Positions 11,201 through 23,495 of a stretch of 64,000 nt of DNA are shown here, piece by piece. The stretch comes from Botryllus schlosseri (taxonomy: Eukaryota), in the NCBI GenBank assembly GCA_051294905.1, contig CM119378.1:434001-498000 (forward strand). Reading direction: 5' to 3'. The notes under the pieces are model-generated. The model had not been told where the DNA came from. It worked only from the letters and a program-made list of their open reading frames with translations, and searched no databases. Numbering within the stretch: position 1 is the stretch's first letter; every line of letters begins with the position of its first letter. Both the position numbers and the translations under genes were made by a program.

Positions 11201-14200
11201 TTTTGCCATCTCCAACATTTCATTTTTCCACAAACCCCAACAAAACATCTCTAACTAGCAATATGTTTGCGCCAGCAGGCTATTGGCAATAATTTGACAA
11301 TTGAAATGAGTTGGCACAGTCGGATGTTTCGTCTCAGACGACCATTTCAATGATGTGAGTCCTAAAGTTTTAGCAATTAGGAAGCGAAACTGGCTCATGC
11401 TTTTCCTAATGAAAAAATAAATAAAAATTAGGATGTCAATCATTTAACAAATTTAGAGGCTTCGCGGACACCCCAAAATGCTTTACGGACCCCCGGTTGA
11501 GAACCACTGCACTAAGAGTTCAATCAGAATTATAGTTTTAATGTTTTTCCCCGGCGTGGAAACGCAGAAGCCCTCGATTGGTCTTATCTCAGAACGCGAA
11601 ACATGTAGACTAGTCTCCCCTAGTACAACGCTAAGCGCGTCAGTGGAAATGAAAATTCCGTGCAGTCGCGATTAACCCAATGTGAAAAAGTGCGATGAAA
11701 TAGGTTGTTGCAAAATACCGAATAATCTTTAATGTGGTATAAAACCGGGAATATTTTCTTTGTGGTAGTTGAACTTTGCTATATTTCGCAGACATGAAGC
11801 CCAATACAGTACTCGACAAGGAGTCGAATCACTCCGGTATACTCAGGTAGTAATCGATTTCGCCCAGCGCTCCTATAGCCGTCGCAGAGCGGTTAAGTGA
11901 GGCCCCAATGTTTCCTTACTGTTCTCGTAGATTGTGGTGACGGCGGAAAGCAGGTGCTTCAGTTTGTGATAAGGCGAGTAAGTCGATTGTAAATTTTGGA
12001 AATGAACTCGGATGGATTCCAACGCCTCTTCGTCGGGTGGAGTGAGCGAGTCCCGGATTCCGAGCTCCTTCGGACTTTTTGTGGCTCCGATCTGATGCAG
12101 ATATCGTATGATTGGTTACGCGTCACATCGTCACAAACAGAGGTGGTCAAAGTAGTGAATATTGCTACTCTGGTAGAAGTAGAACTAACTTCGTAAAATT
12201 CTCCTCAAGTACAAGCTGAAGCAGCGATTTGTAACACAGGTCAAACGTACTTTAAAAGATTTGGTCGATGGGTCACATATTTTCAATGCGAAAGCGAAAG
12301 GGTTCGCTGAGCCAGTCTCGGTGGTTCAGTGGATGCCATGACCAGTACAGAAACAGCACTTCGTCAGACCCCCCAAAACGTCGGTCTTGCATTCTTAGCG
12401 AAAAGAGTAGGTGCCTGCGTATATACCTTCTTACGTTATACGTGCATGCATAATTCGGCTTAAAATGTTGTACTCGATTTATACCGCTATACAAGTATGA
12501 GTTAGGTTCTGGTTTCGTGTGCCATGGGTATTCACACCAGAGTTGGATCAATTGTAATTTGTAATTGAGGTGAATGTAATTAATTACATTTTTTCATGTA
12601 ATTGTAATTGTAATTGAAGCATTTCTATTTTGTGTAATTGTAATTGTAATTTGATCAAAATTTTGCTCAATTACAATCTCAATTACATTTTCATGGAAAC
12701 CTGACAATCACAACATAAAATAATCATTTAATCAATCACTTATTCGTCGCACCAGTGAAAATCCGGTACGAACCAGGATGACGACGAGGGGCCTTAAGGC
12801 CTTAGTAAACAGTCACCACATGTAATAATTAGCCTATTTACATCGGTGTTCTATGCGTGCTGCGTTATAACTATAGATAATTCAGTCACGCTAAACTGTT
12901 TCCCATACTTCAGTAGCAACAGAAAACTTTGTGAATTACAATATAGGCTAAACCAGTGGTTCTCAAACTGGGGGCGTGCCCCGTTGGGCGGGGTGCAAGC
13001 ATCTGAACGGGGCGCGTCGCTTCAGTGAATTGAAATCTTTCCCGCGGTTGGCCCGATTCACCTCCGTTTTATGGTTATTGCTCGGTGTATATTCTGAATT
13101 TCGTATTGGAGAATTCTCTCATCAATAGTCATCATAACCTTCCATACCATCAAACTATATGTAAGGATTGCTAACTTTCTGGTTTCATTGTGTGCTATGA
13201 CGATAAGGGGGCCACGAAATATTCACTGTCATAAAGGGGTGCGTGTCTAAGAAAGTTAGAGAACCAGTGGGCTAAACCAAATCGTAATATTTCAAAAATG
13301 GATGAACAGCAAATAAACTCTTCTGAAACCTGTGCCGAACCATTTCCTACACCACGGTCAAAGTTTTAAAAAAAATCTCTTGACCAGTACCGAGGCTTGT
13401 TGCAACAATAGCAAAAAAAAATCAAGTTTCCAACCAAGGCTTCATCAAATTTGATCTCGCATTTGTAGAGATGTTATCCCAATCTTACCTTCAATCTTGG
13501 CCTAATTTACTGGGGCCAGAAACTTTTCGCACCCTAACGTTCATCAAACGCAATCTAACAGTTTCCGAGCAAGTTAAAATGTAAATGCGAACCAAAATAT
13601 TGTAATTCTTAGTTATCCGGAGGTTCTATCCTTTAGCTTTTATTTTAATTTTGCGCACCTTATCGGTAGCATCCTTATCGCTGACGCCTTACCAATAACA
13701 TTTCATTATCCTGACTCAGCTCTGAGTAGCCTAATCGTTTGATTACATTTCATTGACTGTCCAGTAGCCTATTCGCTGTTAGTCGCTCAAACCTTTGGTT
13801 CTTAACAGTCGCTTGAAACATTTTTCTGTGCTTGTAGTTTTCAGTACTCATGATTTGGAATAGTTCGAATACGTTCGAGTTTTTTTTAATTAAAGGGTAT
13901 TCTACATATCAGGAATGAAACATGAATAGCTTGAGATTGTTGCTAATTACGTCGCTACGGTTGTCAAAGAACACCTCTTTACTGAGTCAATTATCTGTTT
14001 AAAAGTAATTGTAATTGTAATTATAATTGTCTTTAAATACATGTTTAACAGTAATTGTAATTGTAATTTGACATTTTTAGCATTGGGTAATTGTAATTGT
14101 AATTGAATTAAAATATTGTGATTGATCCAACTCTGATTCACACCCGTATATCAGGGGTGGTACACGGGTGGAAATACATACTCTATTAGCTGAGAGTGTG

Positions 14201-17200
14201 GACCACCATAAGGTAGGGTTACCATATTTTGGAAATCTGAAAAGAGGACACTTCAGACATAAATTTTCAGACTTGCAAAACAGGAGGAAAAGCTTGAAAA
14301 AATGGTAAATTTACGCGTTACTTCAGTGCTGATTTACTCCAAGTCGAATTTTCCCATATATTTAACAAAAATTTAAAAAAACAGAGGACATTTGGGCGTC
14401 CTCCGACGACACTTTCAAATAAAGTACAAAAACGAGGACGTATGGTAACCCAACCATAGGGTGATCATGATCAACCAAGCTCGCAAGTGCATGGTCGACG
14501 ACGAAATGCCTAGAGTGCGCCAGTTACGGCCCTGTTCAGAGCACACACTCGACTCGTAAGATTTGTAGTAAATGTTTACGATATTATTTTTGTTTTGTGT
14601 GAAAGTAATATTTTATACTTTCAACACTGACGTTGATGGTTCATATTGCGCGGCAGTATTTTATAGTAATGTATTACTTGTGCAACGGGGTAAATATTTG
14701 TTCTCGTTGATTGCAAATTAGCGTGAGGTTCGCCATCAGACAAGGTTAAGAATCACTGTTTTGGCCGTGAATCGGAGATGCCTATGCCAGAAACAGGTGT
14801 AATTTTCGAGACAGCATACAGCTCTCACAGAAAATTGACCATATTCAACCAATTGTTACGACGATTTCACTCGTCAAAGTGATTTAAACATGTATACAAG
14901 GACTACTTCATACGTTATACAAAATTCAAAGTGAAAAATGTGCTAGGTAGATGTGGAGCATAATCACTTGAATAAGTAGTTAAAAAGAAGTAGAAGCATT
15001 CTGTAGGTTACCTGAATGGCATCTTCGACCATTCTGATCTTTCCAGATTGCGCGTAACTGAGCACCAGTCGTTTGTAAATGAAATCCCGCAGGGGGTAAA
15101 GCACCAGCCTCTCCAACGCGTCGTCGATAGCGCCCTCTACATCAGGGAGAAGAAAAATAAATGTTTTCTTGACAAGTCGACTGTCCATACCGATATCGTT
15201 GATTGGCACCGACATTTTCTGAATTTTCGACATGAATCCGACGTGAGGGTTGGTGACGAGATATTTCTTGATGTCCGTCAAGAAACTTCGAACGCTGTGG
15301 AGTATCACAAGCGGCCTGCATTCCGTGGATTGCCTGCGAACCGGGATTGTAAAACTAGTAAATCTATGGCTTTTACTGATCAAATTAGAATTAGAATTAC
15401 AGCTATACAGTTTTACCAAATTAGATTATTATCAGAATGGTAGCTATACAAAGTCTTTCCAAATTAGATTCGAATATATACAATGACTGCGTTCGCAAAA
15501 TCTCGAAAATTGGATTGAATTCGAATTAGAAAGAACAACAACAAAAATCAAGTTCAGTTCATATCAAGCCAGAATGAGAATGGAAAATGTCTGTACACCA
15601 AGCTTGGCTCATTTCGCACCGAACAGCTCTTCCGTAGTGTTTTCATAAAAAGATTAGAATTCAAATAAGAGCATACAAACATATCACGTATTAGATTAGA
15701 ATTAGATTACCGGCATTTCCGTCTAATGATTCTAATAAGACAACTAGAATTTTCTAGCTTAGTTGAAGTCTTCTGGGAACCAACTTAATGCAGAATCCTT
15801 TCACAACTTTACAACCGAACGCACATTGTTTGTTTCACGAACTCCGTGGTAGCGAATCCGAGCGCGTTCTGCGAATTCGAACCCATCTTGTGAATGTAAG
15901 CCCGAATCTTCGTGCTTTCGGTCCTCCTCAGTTTGGGCGCGGGAGGGAGAAGGGAGGAGAGAAGCGTGTAGGCCGAGGAGTCTCTTTTCTTTGGAGCTGC
16001 GGACAAGATGGCGGCGTGAAGAGAAAATTTGTTCCGAGAGGGGTGTCACTAACTTGGGGAAGGTCTCTTCGGGGTTTCCGGTTTTGGTGCTTGACTGTTT
16101 GGTTCGACACACTTCGCGGGAGATTCGATCGTCGGCAGTTCGAAGGCCTGAAACGAACAGACGGATTTATAGAAATACTAGAAAGTCGTGAAAACTTTCG
16201 ATATTTACAAATAGCGTAAAGTTTGCTGATTCGTGAAAAGATTTTTTAAGCGGAACCGGCGGTTTAGCAGAATTTTTTACGTTTTACGCTATTTTACGCT
16301 CATATCATCAAATAATAAAAAGAGCAACCAGAATGTTTGCAATACCAACGCATAGTTTGATGCCATGGAAAGTCCACTGTTGAGAGACCTCTCAAATGTA
16401 AAATCTGGAATATACACAGAGCAATAATTATGAGATGAAAGCAAATCGCGTACAGTGCGAAAAGTCTTTCAGTTGAATATATCATCAAGGATAATCATGT
16501 ACTATGGTAGCACGTAGCATTTTAGCCAGGGTGTGTAATCCCTTCTCTTTCTTGACTTTGGGTTTGGTAAAAAGTACCTGACCATAAGCTAAATCAAAAC
16601 CAAGGTGCGGGCCGCACGCCATTCAAACTTGGCACTTCAACAGGACAAACAATCTTTCTCTTCGCCGTTGTAAGGCACATCTATTTAAATCCTTGTAGCT
16701 AAGATTCATATGGCATATTATGTATGGCATATGACATGACCTTATAAGTAAATATCTCATTTCTACATAACTTCGAGTCTTTCTACTCACTCTGCACAGA
16801 TGCTTGACAGACAGACCATGAAAGGATCAGCTAACACATTCACCAGCTAATCCTAATTCAGAGACATCTTCTGATCGCTTGCAAGGTCTGGTATCAGTCA
16901 TAATATAGCATCGGTGTATGGATAGTACGACACGACCATGACATTTTAATAACAATATAATTAGGATTACTGCCGTTATAGGAACTAGTAAGTTTAGCGC
17001 AAATTAAACTCATTACGAGTTCATGTACTTTATTTCTGTCAGGCGACTTCGCGCCCCCCTTCAGACGCTTTTATGCCCCCCCCCCAGGGGGTCTCCACCC
17101 CAGTTTGAGAACCGCTACTTTAGAATGTCATGTTTTTTGTTTTGGAATCTGCTAAAATACGCATCGTTGGAGTTTTCTTAAAAAGTGAAGGGTTACTCGA

Positions 17201-20200
17201 GGGAAATTTCTGCTCCTCACCGAGAAGTCACCCAGACAATGCAATATGTAATAGCGATCGACTACGAAAATCACACCATTTTCAAGTCATCGTAATAAAA
17301 TAATATTCATAACACTGGTCAACAAAAGGCAGAACATCTAAGAGTCGTTTATGAGGTTTTCAAGGTTGCTGATTACGAATATAACATTAGTTTTTCCAGA
17401 TTGGCTCTAGTTTGGAAGATACTTAAACCCCTAAATAAGCATAAATTACTATTTACCCCTAAATATTTCTCTTGGTAGGAAGCAAATCATAGCTTATTTT
17501 TACTTTTATACTGCGCATAAATAGAGAATGGACTATGAAGAGCCCTCCTGCTGTCCTCAGTTCTTCAATCAATATTAACATGACCTGATGCAAGATCTTT
17601 CTTTGTCAAACCTAAAAATTGTACTTTTGCACAGCAAAAATATATTTTCTCCTGTACCAATTTGCCATTCTGCCAAGATAAAAGATTAGTGTAATGTGTA
17701 ATGCAGTCAAATTGTCCTTGAAAATTTTAACTACAACACTCATATGCGTCTCATCTCATTTGCCTTTTAAATGCACAAATTTCTGCTGCAAACAAAGTGG
17801 GTAGTGGGTATACCTAGTATCCCTATCAGTCTAGAACCGTGTAGGGGTTCCCAAACGGTGGGGAATTCCCCACTGGTGGGGAATTCAATGGTTTCTGGTG
17901 GGGAAGGGGGAAAGACGCATTTGTTCAAAATTATATACAGGACAGTCTACATATTCACGGAGACACATGCGCAATTACCGCTACCAGTTAACTGCTCTGG
18001 AATGTATGTATTGAAAATGATATTGCGTGTTGTTCACAAAACCTCATTTTTAACTCTGGAGGGTCAATGATGGCGTCACAAGCGCATCCAGCACGACTAG
18101 TTTGACGTGCAATACAGCTTTCGCGAAATTTTGAGTGTTACTGGTATCGGTTCACAATAGCCTAAGTGTTATGTTGCAGTTATAGGCGATTTTCTTTCGT
18201 ACTGGTGTGGTTGTGTGTCGTGTGTAGTCAAGCCAGCAAATAGCTGCTCTGTGATGACAAAGGCGCTGGGTAGTGGGGAAGAGGACGGTAATGCTGCACC
18301 CCGAACCCCCCAATTTGGCGGGGGCGAGCTCGAAGGGGCCCAAATTTATTTCGTGAATTAATAAATTAAAGTTTTTTTTAATAATTTATGCCACTTTTTC
18401 AAAAACTTTCGCGCTGGGTGCCCGATTTAATATTGCCAAATATCTAATTATTGGGTACCCTTTCCCTACGAAAATACGTAGAATTTATAGAAATGGAGAC
18501 TTCGGCGTCGGCCATTACTGCGCCACAACGCACCAAGGCATATCATGTTATAGGCTATGTATCATGCAACTCCGAGAAGTGTGCCAGAGCGATCCGCAGC
18601 GAGAAGACCTTGGCCGAGAAGGAATGCCCTTGTGGTGACCCAAAACTTCGATATATATACAATACACAATACATATATTTTTAATTGGCTAAATGGCTGG
18701 CGCCGAATGTTCCTGTCCTGGCGATCTGAGCCCCACAGGACAAATGCCATCCCGCAGGGAAAAATTATTTGCCAGTAAAGCAATACCAATTTAAAATCGT
18801 GTGTGGCTTTTAGTTTTGGCGATTTCCATATCTTTCGACATAGCAGATATAGGAGGTCACAAAGTAGCATAATGTAACGAATTCAATATACCAACGGGTC
18901 CACCCGAAGATGTTCAATTCTTATTTAGGGGTCCTACCTTTTCCAACATACCTCACTGATCTCTACCGGTAAATCTGATTACCTGAGCAGAGAGGAGATG
19001 GAAATTGATAGCAAAATATATGCAATTCCCGCCCGATCATATTGGCCGATTCAAACACGAATTATATAAATTTTTCGCGCTTCGCGCATTTAGTCGAAAT
19101 AAGGCGACGCACTAAACAGTAGACCCAATGTAGCTGATAAGTTGCACGGAAAATCGCACAGGCTCAGCGGGGCTGAGGGGGTTCTGGGGACCCAAGACCA
19201 ACGTCTTTTTGGCGGGACTAACAAAGTGCTGTTAAGGTCCTGGTGGGAATGAAGGCTCGGAATAAATCTGAAGTGGGGAACGAAGACAAAAAGGTTGGGA
19301 ACCACTGGTCTAGAAACTTGAAAATGGTGCCTTCGATGAACGATACGAATGATACGAATACGGATGAAGGATTTCAATTTCATACCAAGGAAGGAGCTCA
19401 CTGCATGAAATTTCTTCTACGATGTAGTAAATGTTTAGAAACATCACAAAGCACTCAACTACAAACAGTTGCTCCAAAAATTTGTATCTGCATATGGAAA
19501 ACTTGGATCACACATGAGCATTAAAGTGCACTCCCTGTCCAGTCATTTTGCTTTATTGCCTGATCGTCTTGGTGATTAGAGTGCAAGAGCAAGGGGAAAG
19601 GGTCCACCAAGACATCAAAACAACAAAAGAATGCTATCAGGGTAGATGAGATTAACATTTTATGGCAGACCTTGAACCTTTCGAGAGACTGCACTAAATT
19701 GCTACAAGAGAAAATCGCACAAGAAAAAAATTTGTTTTAAGATAAATTAATAATAATATATTTCAACTGCTTATTTTGGATTAAGAATAGGTGGTTGACA
19801 TAAAACTGATTGAATAAATACAAAATTATTTGAGTGAGTATTTAGGTAGATACTTATATATATGATAGGAGTTTATTTACGTACATGATATCCGTGATAT
19901 CCAGCTACGATAAATCGAATGCCCCTATATATAATGATATTGCTGTATTTTGATTTAAAACAGTCTTCAGTGTCTAAAATAACAAGTAGATTGAAGTTTT
20001 GAACTTTATAATACGACTGAGCCGTTCTTTATCTTGAGTATAATGCGAAAATATGAGATTTTAGTCAAAATGGCCAATGGATTATCTCCAAAACCAGAGC
20101 CAATTTAAAAAAAACCAAGGTTATACCAGGAATCAGTGCCCTTCAAAACCCCAAAAAACACTCTTACTCTGTCTGCCTAAAAATATGTGTTGACCAGTGT

Positions 20201-22054
20201 AATCGGTCATTTGACATATCTCATAAATTTATTTGTAAAAAGAACACATAACCAAGACAGCAGTCAACTGCTACTCAAGATTCGATCTCAGTCTTGAATC
20301 TCACGAATCAGGATCAGAAATCCGGCAAGTTTTGATGAAACGGGATCGGATCCGGGCCAGAAGAGGATTCCGGGTGTCTAGCACACGAAAGTGACTTTCT
20401 GTTTGTTTATTTAACGGTTTTGTATGGATTTGGACACGGCTGGTTTCTGAATTGCCCACATTTTCGAGGAATTCTTGTAATAAAAAGTTCCGAGTGGTGT
20501 AATGGCAAAGTATCAATCGCAATGCATGCTCAATCTTGGGAAGGATGATTTGGATGCGGAATTTCATACGAAAAGGTATTCCAGACTCAACTTTTAGCCC
20601 GAATGAAGGACATGATGACATGACATGATGACATGATCTGTATACTGTTTTGTGGGAACTTGAAACCCGGATGATTTGCACCACAATTTCGAAGTATTTT
20701 TATATTAAATTTCAACGCCCTACCGAGATTAAAGAATCCTTAATAACAAACTTCATTACGTTCGTAGAATTAGAAAAAATATCAATGGCAGGGCAAATAG
20801 ATGAACAGAATTTTTTAAATCCGGATTTAAGCATTTTCAACAAGAACATTCTTGAAAAATTCTTAATAGAACATCAATGCATTACCGAGATAGAATGAGA
20901 ATAAAACTTGGACGAAAGGAACCATATAGCAGTTTTTCTTGCTCCCATATTTTCATATAGAAGAAACCGGATTGAGGTTCAATTACACTGAACAGGATTG
21001 GGTCCGAATTTCTGCTTTGGGACTGTCGTGACCGAGTCTGTTCAATCTTACGTACCTCTGCTGGTGCCTCCGTTTGGTTCGATTGCTTCTTGCTTTTCCT
21101 CGTGAACTCGCGGATCAAAGTCGGAGCCGCTCTGGAACCTGACAGATTCAACATTTTCAGAACAAAATCCAGAATCAAACCCAGAATTAATAGAAGTATC
21201 ATGTCTAAATCCAATCGAAACCACGTAATAGCTGAAATTTGTTCAAGAGTCTCATGATTAGAAAGCCCATGTCCAAATCTAAATCTAGCTTCAAACTAAT
21301 CTAAAATCTATAAAAAGGATCCTAGTCTAGTCAAAATCACCAAAAACAGGTTTGATAAACCAAATGCAAATCCATGTTATCTCTAACAGGGACAAGGCCA
21401 CAAAACTTGGGTTTCACTCACCAGACCATTTCACGGTTTTATTTCGTTTCAATCTTGGCTCTTGTTCCTCGATTGTGTCTTCGACAATGACATTTGAAAC
21501 GGGGGGAGTTTCATTTTCTTCTCCCATTTCGTTCAACACTTCCAACATCGTTTTGCTCGCCTGCTCTGGCTCGCTCTGTGACGTTTCCACCGCACTCATA
21601 TCGCCGAACAAGGGCGCCGGCGTCTCAAAGGGACTGAAATTTCCTTTTGAAGTTCTCGGAGTTTTGACAGGAGGAGGTTTTAAACTTTCAGTACTCGTGG
21701 ACAAATCTAATTGGTCTGGCCGCGTTTTAGTTTCAGCGATTTCGTCTCTCTCGTCGAAACTATCTGTATTGGATCGAGTCAACAAACTTCTGGATCTGAT
21801 TCGAGGCTCGGAAGGTATGGCGGTCGGAGCGTCTGTCCAAAGCGGTGCAGTTACCTGCATCTCGGGCTCGTGCTTTTTAGTAGAGTTCGAGCGTCTGATA
21901 GACAGATCTGTAAACGATTTTCGATGTCTCACTTCTCGTGATTTTATTTCTTACAAGCGCATTTACTCGATAGTTTGGCTTTTATTCCTTTCTTTGATTT
22001 CTTGCTGTCTTGGGTCTTGTTGATTTCGAACTGATTGAGAGGAATCAGTTTCAT
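6616..22054 (-). CDS. RIN2: Ras and Rab interactor (RIN)-family Rab5 GEF, VPS9 + RA domains, about 1133 aa, 12 coding exons
   Basis: Phase-consistent exons 22054-21967, 21907-21422, 21138-21056, 16147-16054, 15996-15825, 15333-15191, 15136-15012, 12091-11920, 10228-10100, 9369-9242, 8453-8316, 8259-6616; VPS9 motifs GADDFLPLLVY and GEGGYYLTT followed by RA domain; paralog label RIN1/2/3 and true start uncertain. Confidence 0.88.
8316..8453 (-). CDS. RIN2: RIN exon, RA domain
   Basis: GFLKVAISP...KTLHVPPSMTASSLGSMIAKKFAV; AG/GT flanks, phase 0/0. Confidence 0.9.
9242..9369 (-). CDS. RIN2: RIN exon, VPS9 C-terminal part
   Basis: LLDPALLLGEGGYYLTTLISAV. Confidence 0.93.
10100..10228 (-). CDS. 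RIN2: RIN exon, VPS9 catalytic motif
   Basis: IGADDFLPLLVYSI. Confidence 0.93.
10620..11509. mobile_element. hAT (Charlie/Buster-like) MITE nested in an older element (about 10495-11873)
   Basis: TIR cagtggttctc / gagaaccactg; TSD cactagac vs cactaaga; flank 11510-11873 is homologous to 37268-37634. Confidence 0.75.
11920..12091 (-). CDS. RIN2: RIN exon, VPS9 N-terminal part
   Basis: IGATKSPKELGI...QSTYSPYHKLKHLLSAVTTIYEN; cag| and |gtaagg; not the frame shown in the ORF track. Confidence 0.9.
12538..14135. mobile_element. Non-autonomous hAT-like element, (TGTAAT)n family, in a RIN intron
   Basis: TIR cagagttggatcaat / attgatccaactctg; perfect 8-bp TSD attcacac. Confidence 0.9.
12954..13269. 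mobile_element. hAT MITE nested in 12538-14135
   Basis: cagtggttctc / gagaaccagtg; 8-bp TSD ggctaaac. Confidence 0.85.
14213..14453. mobile_element. hAT-like MITE (TAGGGTTACCA termini)
   Basis: tagggtttaccata / tatggtaacccaa; AGGAC motifs; related copy at about 42148-42493. Confidence 0.6.
15012..15136 (-). CDS. RIN2: RIN exon, helical region before VPS9
   Basis: EGAIDDALERLVLYPLRDFIY; tag| and |gtaacc. Confidence 0.85.
15191..15333 (-). CDS. RIN2: RIN exon, RIN-homology region
   Basis: ILHSVRSFLTDIKKYLV; cag| and |gtatgg. Confidence 0.87.
15825..15996 (-). CDS. RIN2: RIN exon
   Basis: KIRAYIHKMGSNSQNALGFATTEFV; phases fit neighbours. Confidence 0.78.
16054..16147 (-). CDS. RIN2: RIN exon, proline-rich
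   Basis: AFELPTIESPAK...PKRPSP; tttcag| and |gttagt. Confidence 0.7.
17837..19307. mobile_element. hAT MITE nested in 17313-20199
   Basis: aggggttcccaa / ttgggaaccactg; 8-bp TSD gtctagaa. Confidence 0.75.
18281..19242 (+). mobile_element. CAGGGCCGTAAC-family non-autonomous hAT-like element
   Basis: Homologous to 25466-26406; flanks gtggggaa / gtgggaat. Confidence 0.75.
21056..21138 (-). CDS. RIN2: RIN exon
   Basis: SRAAPTLIREFTRKSKK; cag| and |gtacgt; needed to reconcile phases. Confidence 0.68.
21422..21907 (-). CDS. RIN2: RIN exon, disordered N-terminal region
   Basis: 486-nt open exon, tttacag| and |gtgagt. Confidence 0.75.
21967..22054 (-). CDS. RIN2: RIN probable first coding exon
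   Basis: MKLIPLNQFEINK...KAKLS; acceptor ttttcag at 22064, 9 nt before ATG; |gtaaat donor. Confidence 0.6.
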
Positions 22055-23173
22055 CTGATGTGGCTGAAAATGATTTCAAGAGCAGTATACGCGGTGAATT
22101 CAATGATATATAGCAGAGATCGAGAACCTATTTCCGGTAAATATATCAAAATTAGCTGTTTTCAATTTCGGTAAACTAACTTATGCCCCGTAACTTCTAT
22201 GATTTGATAAAAGCGTTCTTTCCTGATTCCGAAATATGGTAACCCTAAATAACGTCTATGCCTCTTTGGGAGTTACAATGGAAAATATAGGGCCAATTTG
22301 GCTGTTTGGTTAAAAAAAGGTTCCCGACTCCTAATGTAGAGAGTTCTATATATCCCTATTAGTGAATCCTACAAAATTTTCTTCCCCATGTGTTGGAGGT
22401 TTATCAAGACTGCTCCCGTGGGTTTATGACGACATCACAGGAATGCCATGTCTACTAACGTGCTTTGGACTACACTACATGTTCCGTATGCTCCGAAAAA
22501 AAGTATCGAAAGTATATGTATTCAACTCTTAGTGGTGAGGAGCGTATAATTCAAGTATTCGAAGTAATCATCTCTCACTGCTCGACTGGAATCATTAGAA
22601 TTACTAGGGATACTCAACTCAGACCTGAGGCACGAATCATTACGCCCAGGCCTAGTTATAGGCAAACGATTGCCTCCAGTTCGAATTACAGTACTCTTTT
22701 TCAGGAAGCATACACCATGACTCGGTGACTCATTGCGCAGCGCGTTTGGTAAACAACTGTGTTTTATGAAGCGGCAATCAACACGACGGTGCCTGATAAA
22801 TTATTGAAAGTACAGAAAATATCGTAAACTAAGCTTTGTAGCATATGACTATAGAAATTAAACATGGAACGGCAACGACCGATTTTGCAGCTTCGTTCCG
22901 CTTCGCTGAGGCTGGAGTGAAGAATTGTTTTGCGTAAGCGACTGTAGGATTTCTGGCAATCCAAAAGCTATCTTCCCGAGCGCAGAAATTACTGCATCTG
23001 GTTTTGATCGAAAACTACTCTTGCACCGATTCCGAAAATATAAATTAAAATATTGATCAGGCACTGATCCACCTAGAATCTGTCATCCAAGTCTGAAATA
23101 TCTGCATTGTTCAGAACAATCGGGTAACCGCAACACAATGGCCATAACAATGACCCGTTGCGACTCTACGATT

Positions 23174-23495
23174 AACGCGAAACAATAACTTCATATTGTT
23201 AATTTATTCGCTAAAAGCTTTTCGACTAACTCTCATCAGTAGCGAACGTTAGTGATGGGGTGAATCAAATTCGAAATGTAAGAACTATTTTGTCTGTATG
23301 ACGTAATAATAACAAAAACAAACAACTAGTAGACGGGCTAGATACGGTAGTAACGGTACAAAACAAACGTTAACGAGTACATATTCGGTTACAAATAACC
23401 GAAAACACAACACATAACATTAATGAAATATTCCAAGAGTGTAGAGGCGTTCCTTCTGGCGACAGAGAATCGGCTTTCGTAGCTTTATGATCGTA
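23174..23495 (-). mobile_element. Short hammerhead-bearing insertion (Penelope-like/retrozyme-like)
   Basis: Flanked by 12-bp direct repeat gactctacgatt (23162-23173, 23496-23507); first about 77 bp nearly identical to 45232-45310. Confidence 0.65.
23207..23252 (-). ncRNA. Type I hammerhead ribozyme, intact core
   Basis: Minus strand ctaac g TTCGCTA CTGATGA ga gttag tc GAAA agct tt TAGCGAA: 7-bp stem I, canonical core, palindromic stem III, NUH = UUU. Confidence 0.8.

Larger units (their letters stand above)
17313..20199 (+). mobile_element. Decayed Tc1/mariner-superfamily-like DNA transposon with nested MITEs
   Basis: About 110-bp imperfect TIRs beginning cactggtcaaca / tgttgaccagtg, flanked by TAA on both sides; transposase relic at about 19500-19670 (MSIKVH...EQGERVHQDIK...YQGR). 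Confidence 0.75.

Noticed and set aside
11875..11905. tRNA-like A box (gtcgcagagcggttaag)
   Set aside because: No B box or cloverleaf follows; abuts a RIN exon donor
14964..15419. Single 151-aa exon
   Set aside because: Better explained as two exons with a 54-bp in-frame intron (GT at 15190, AG at 15137); retention cannot be excluded
21352..22023. 223-aa plus-strand ORF (also 15048-15443, 15788-16219, 7046-7345)
   Set aside because: Antisense shadows of RIN exons
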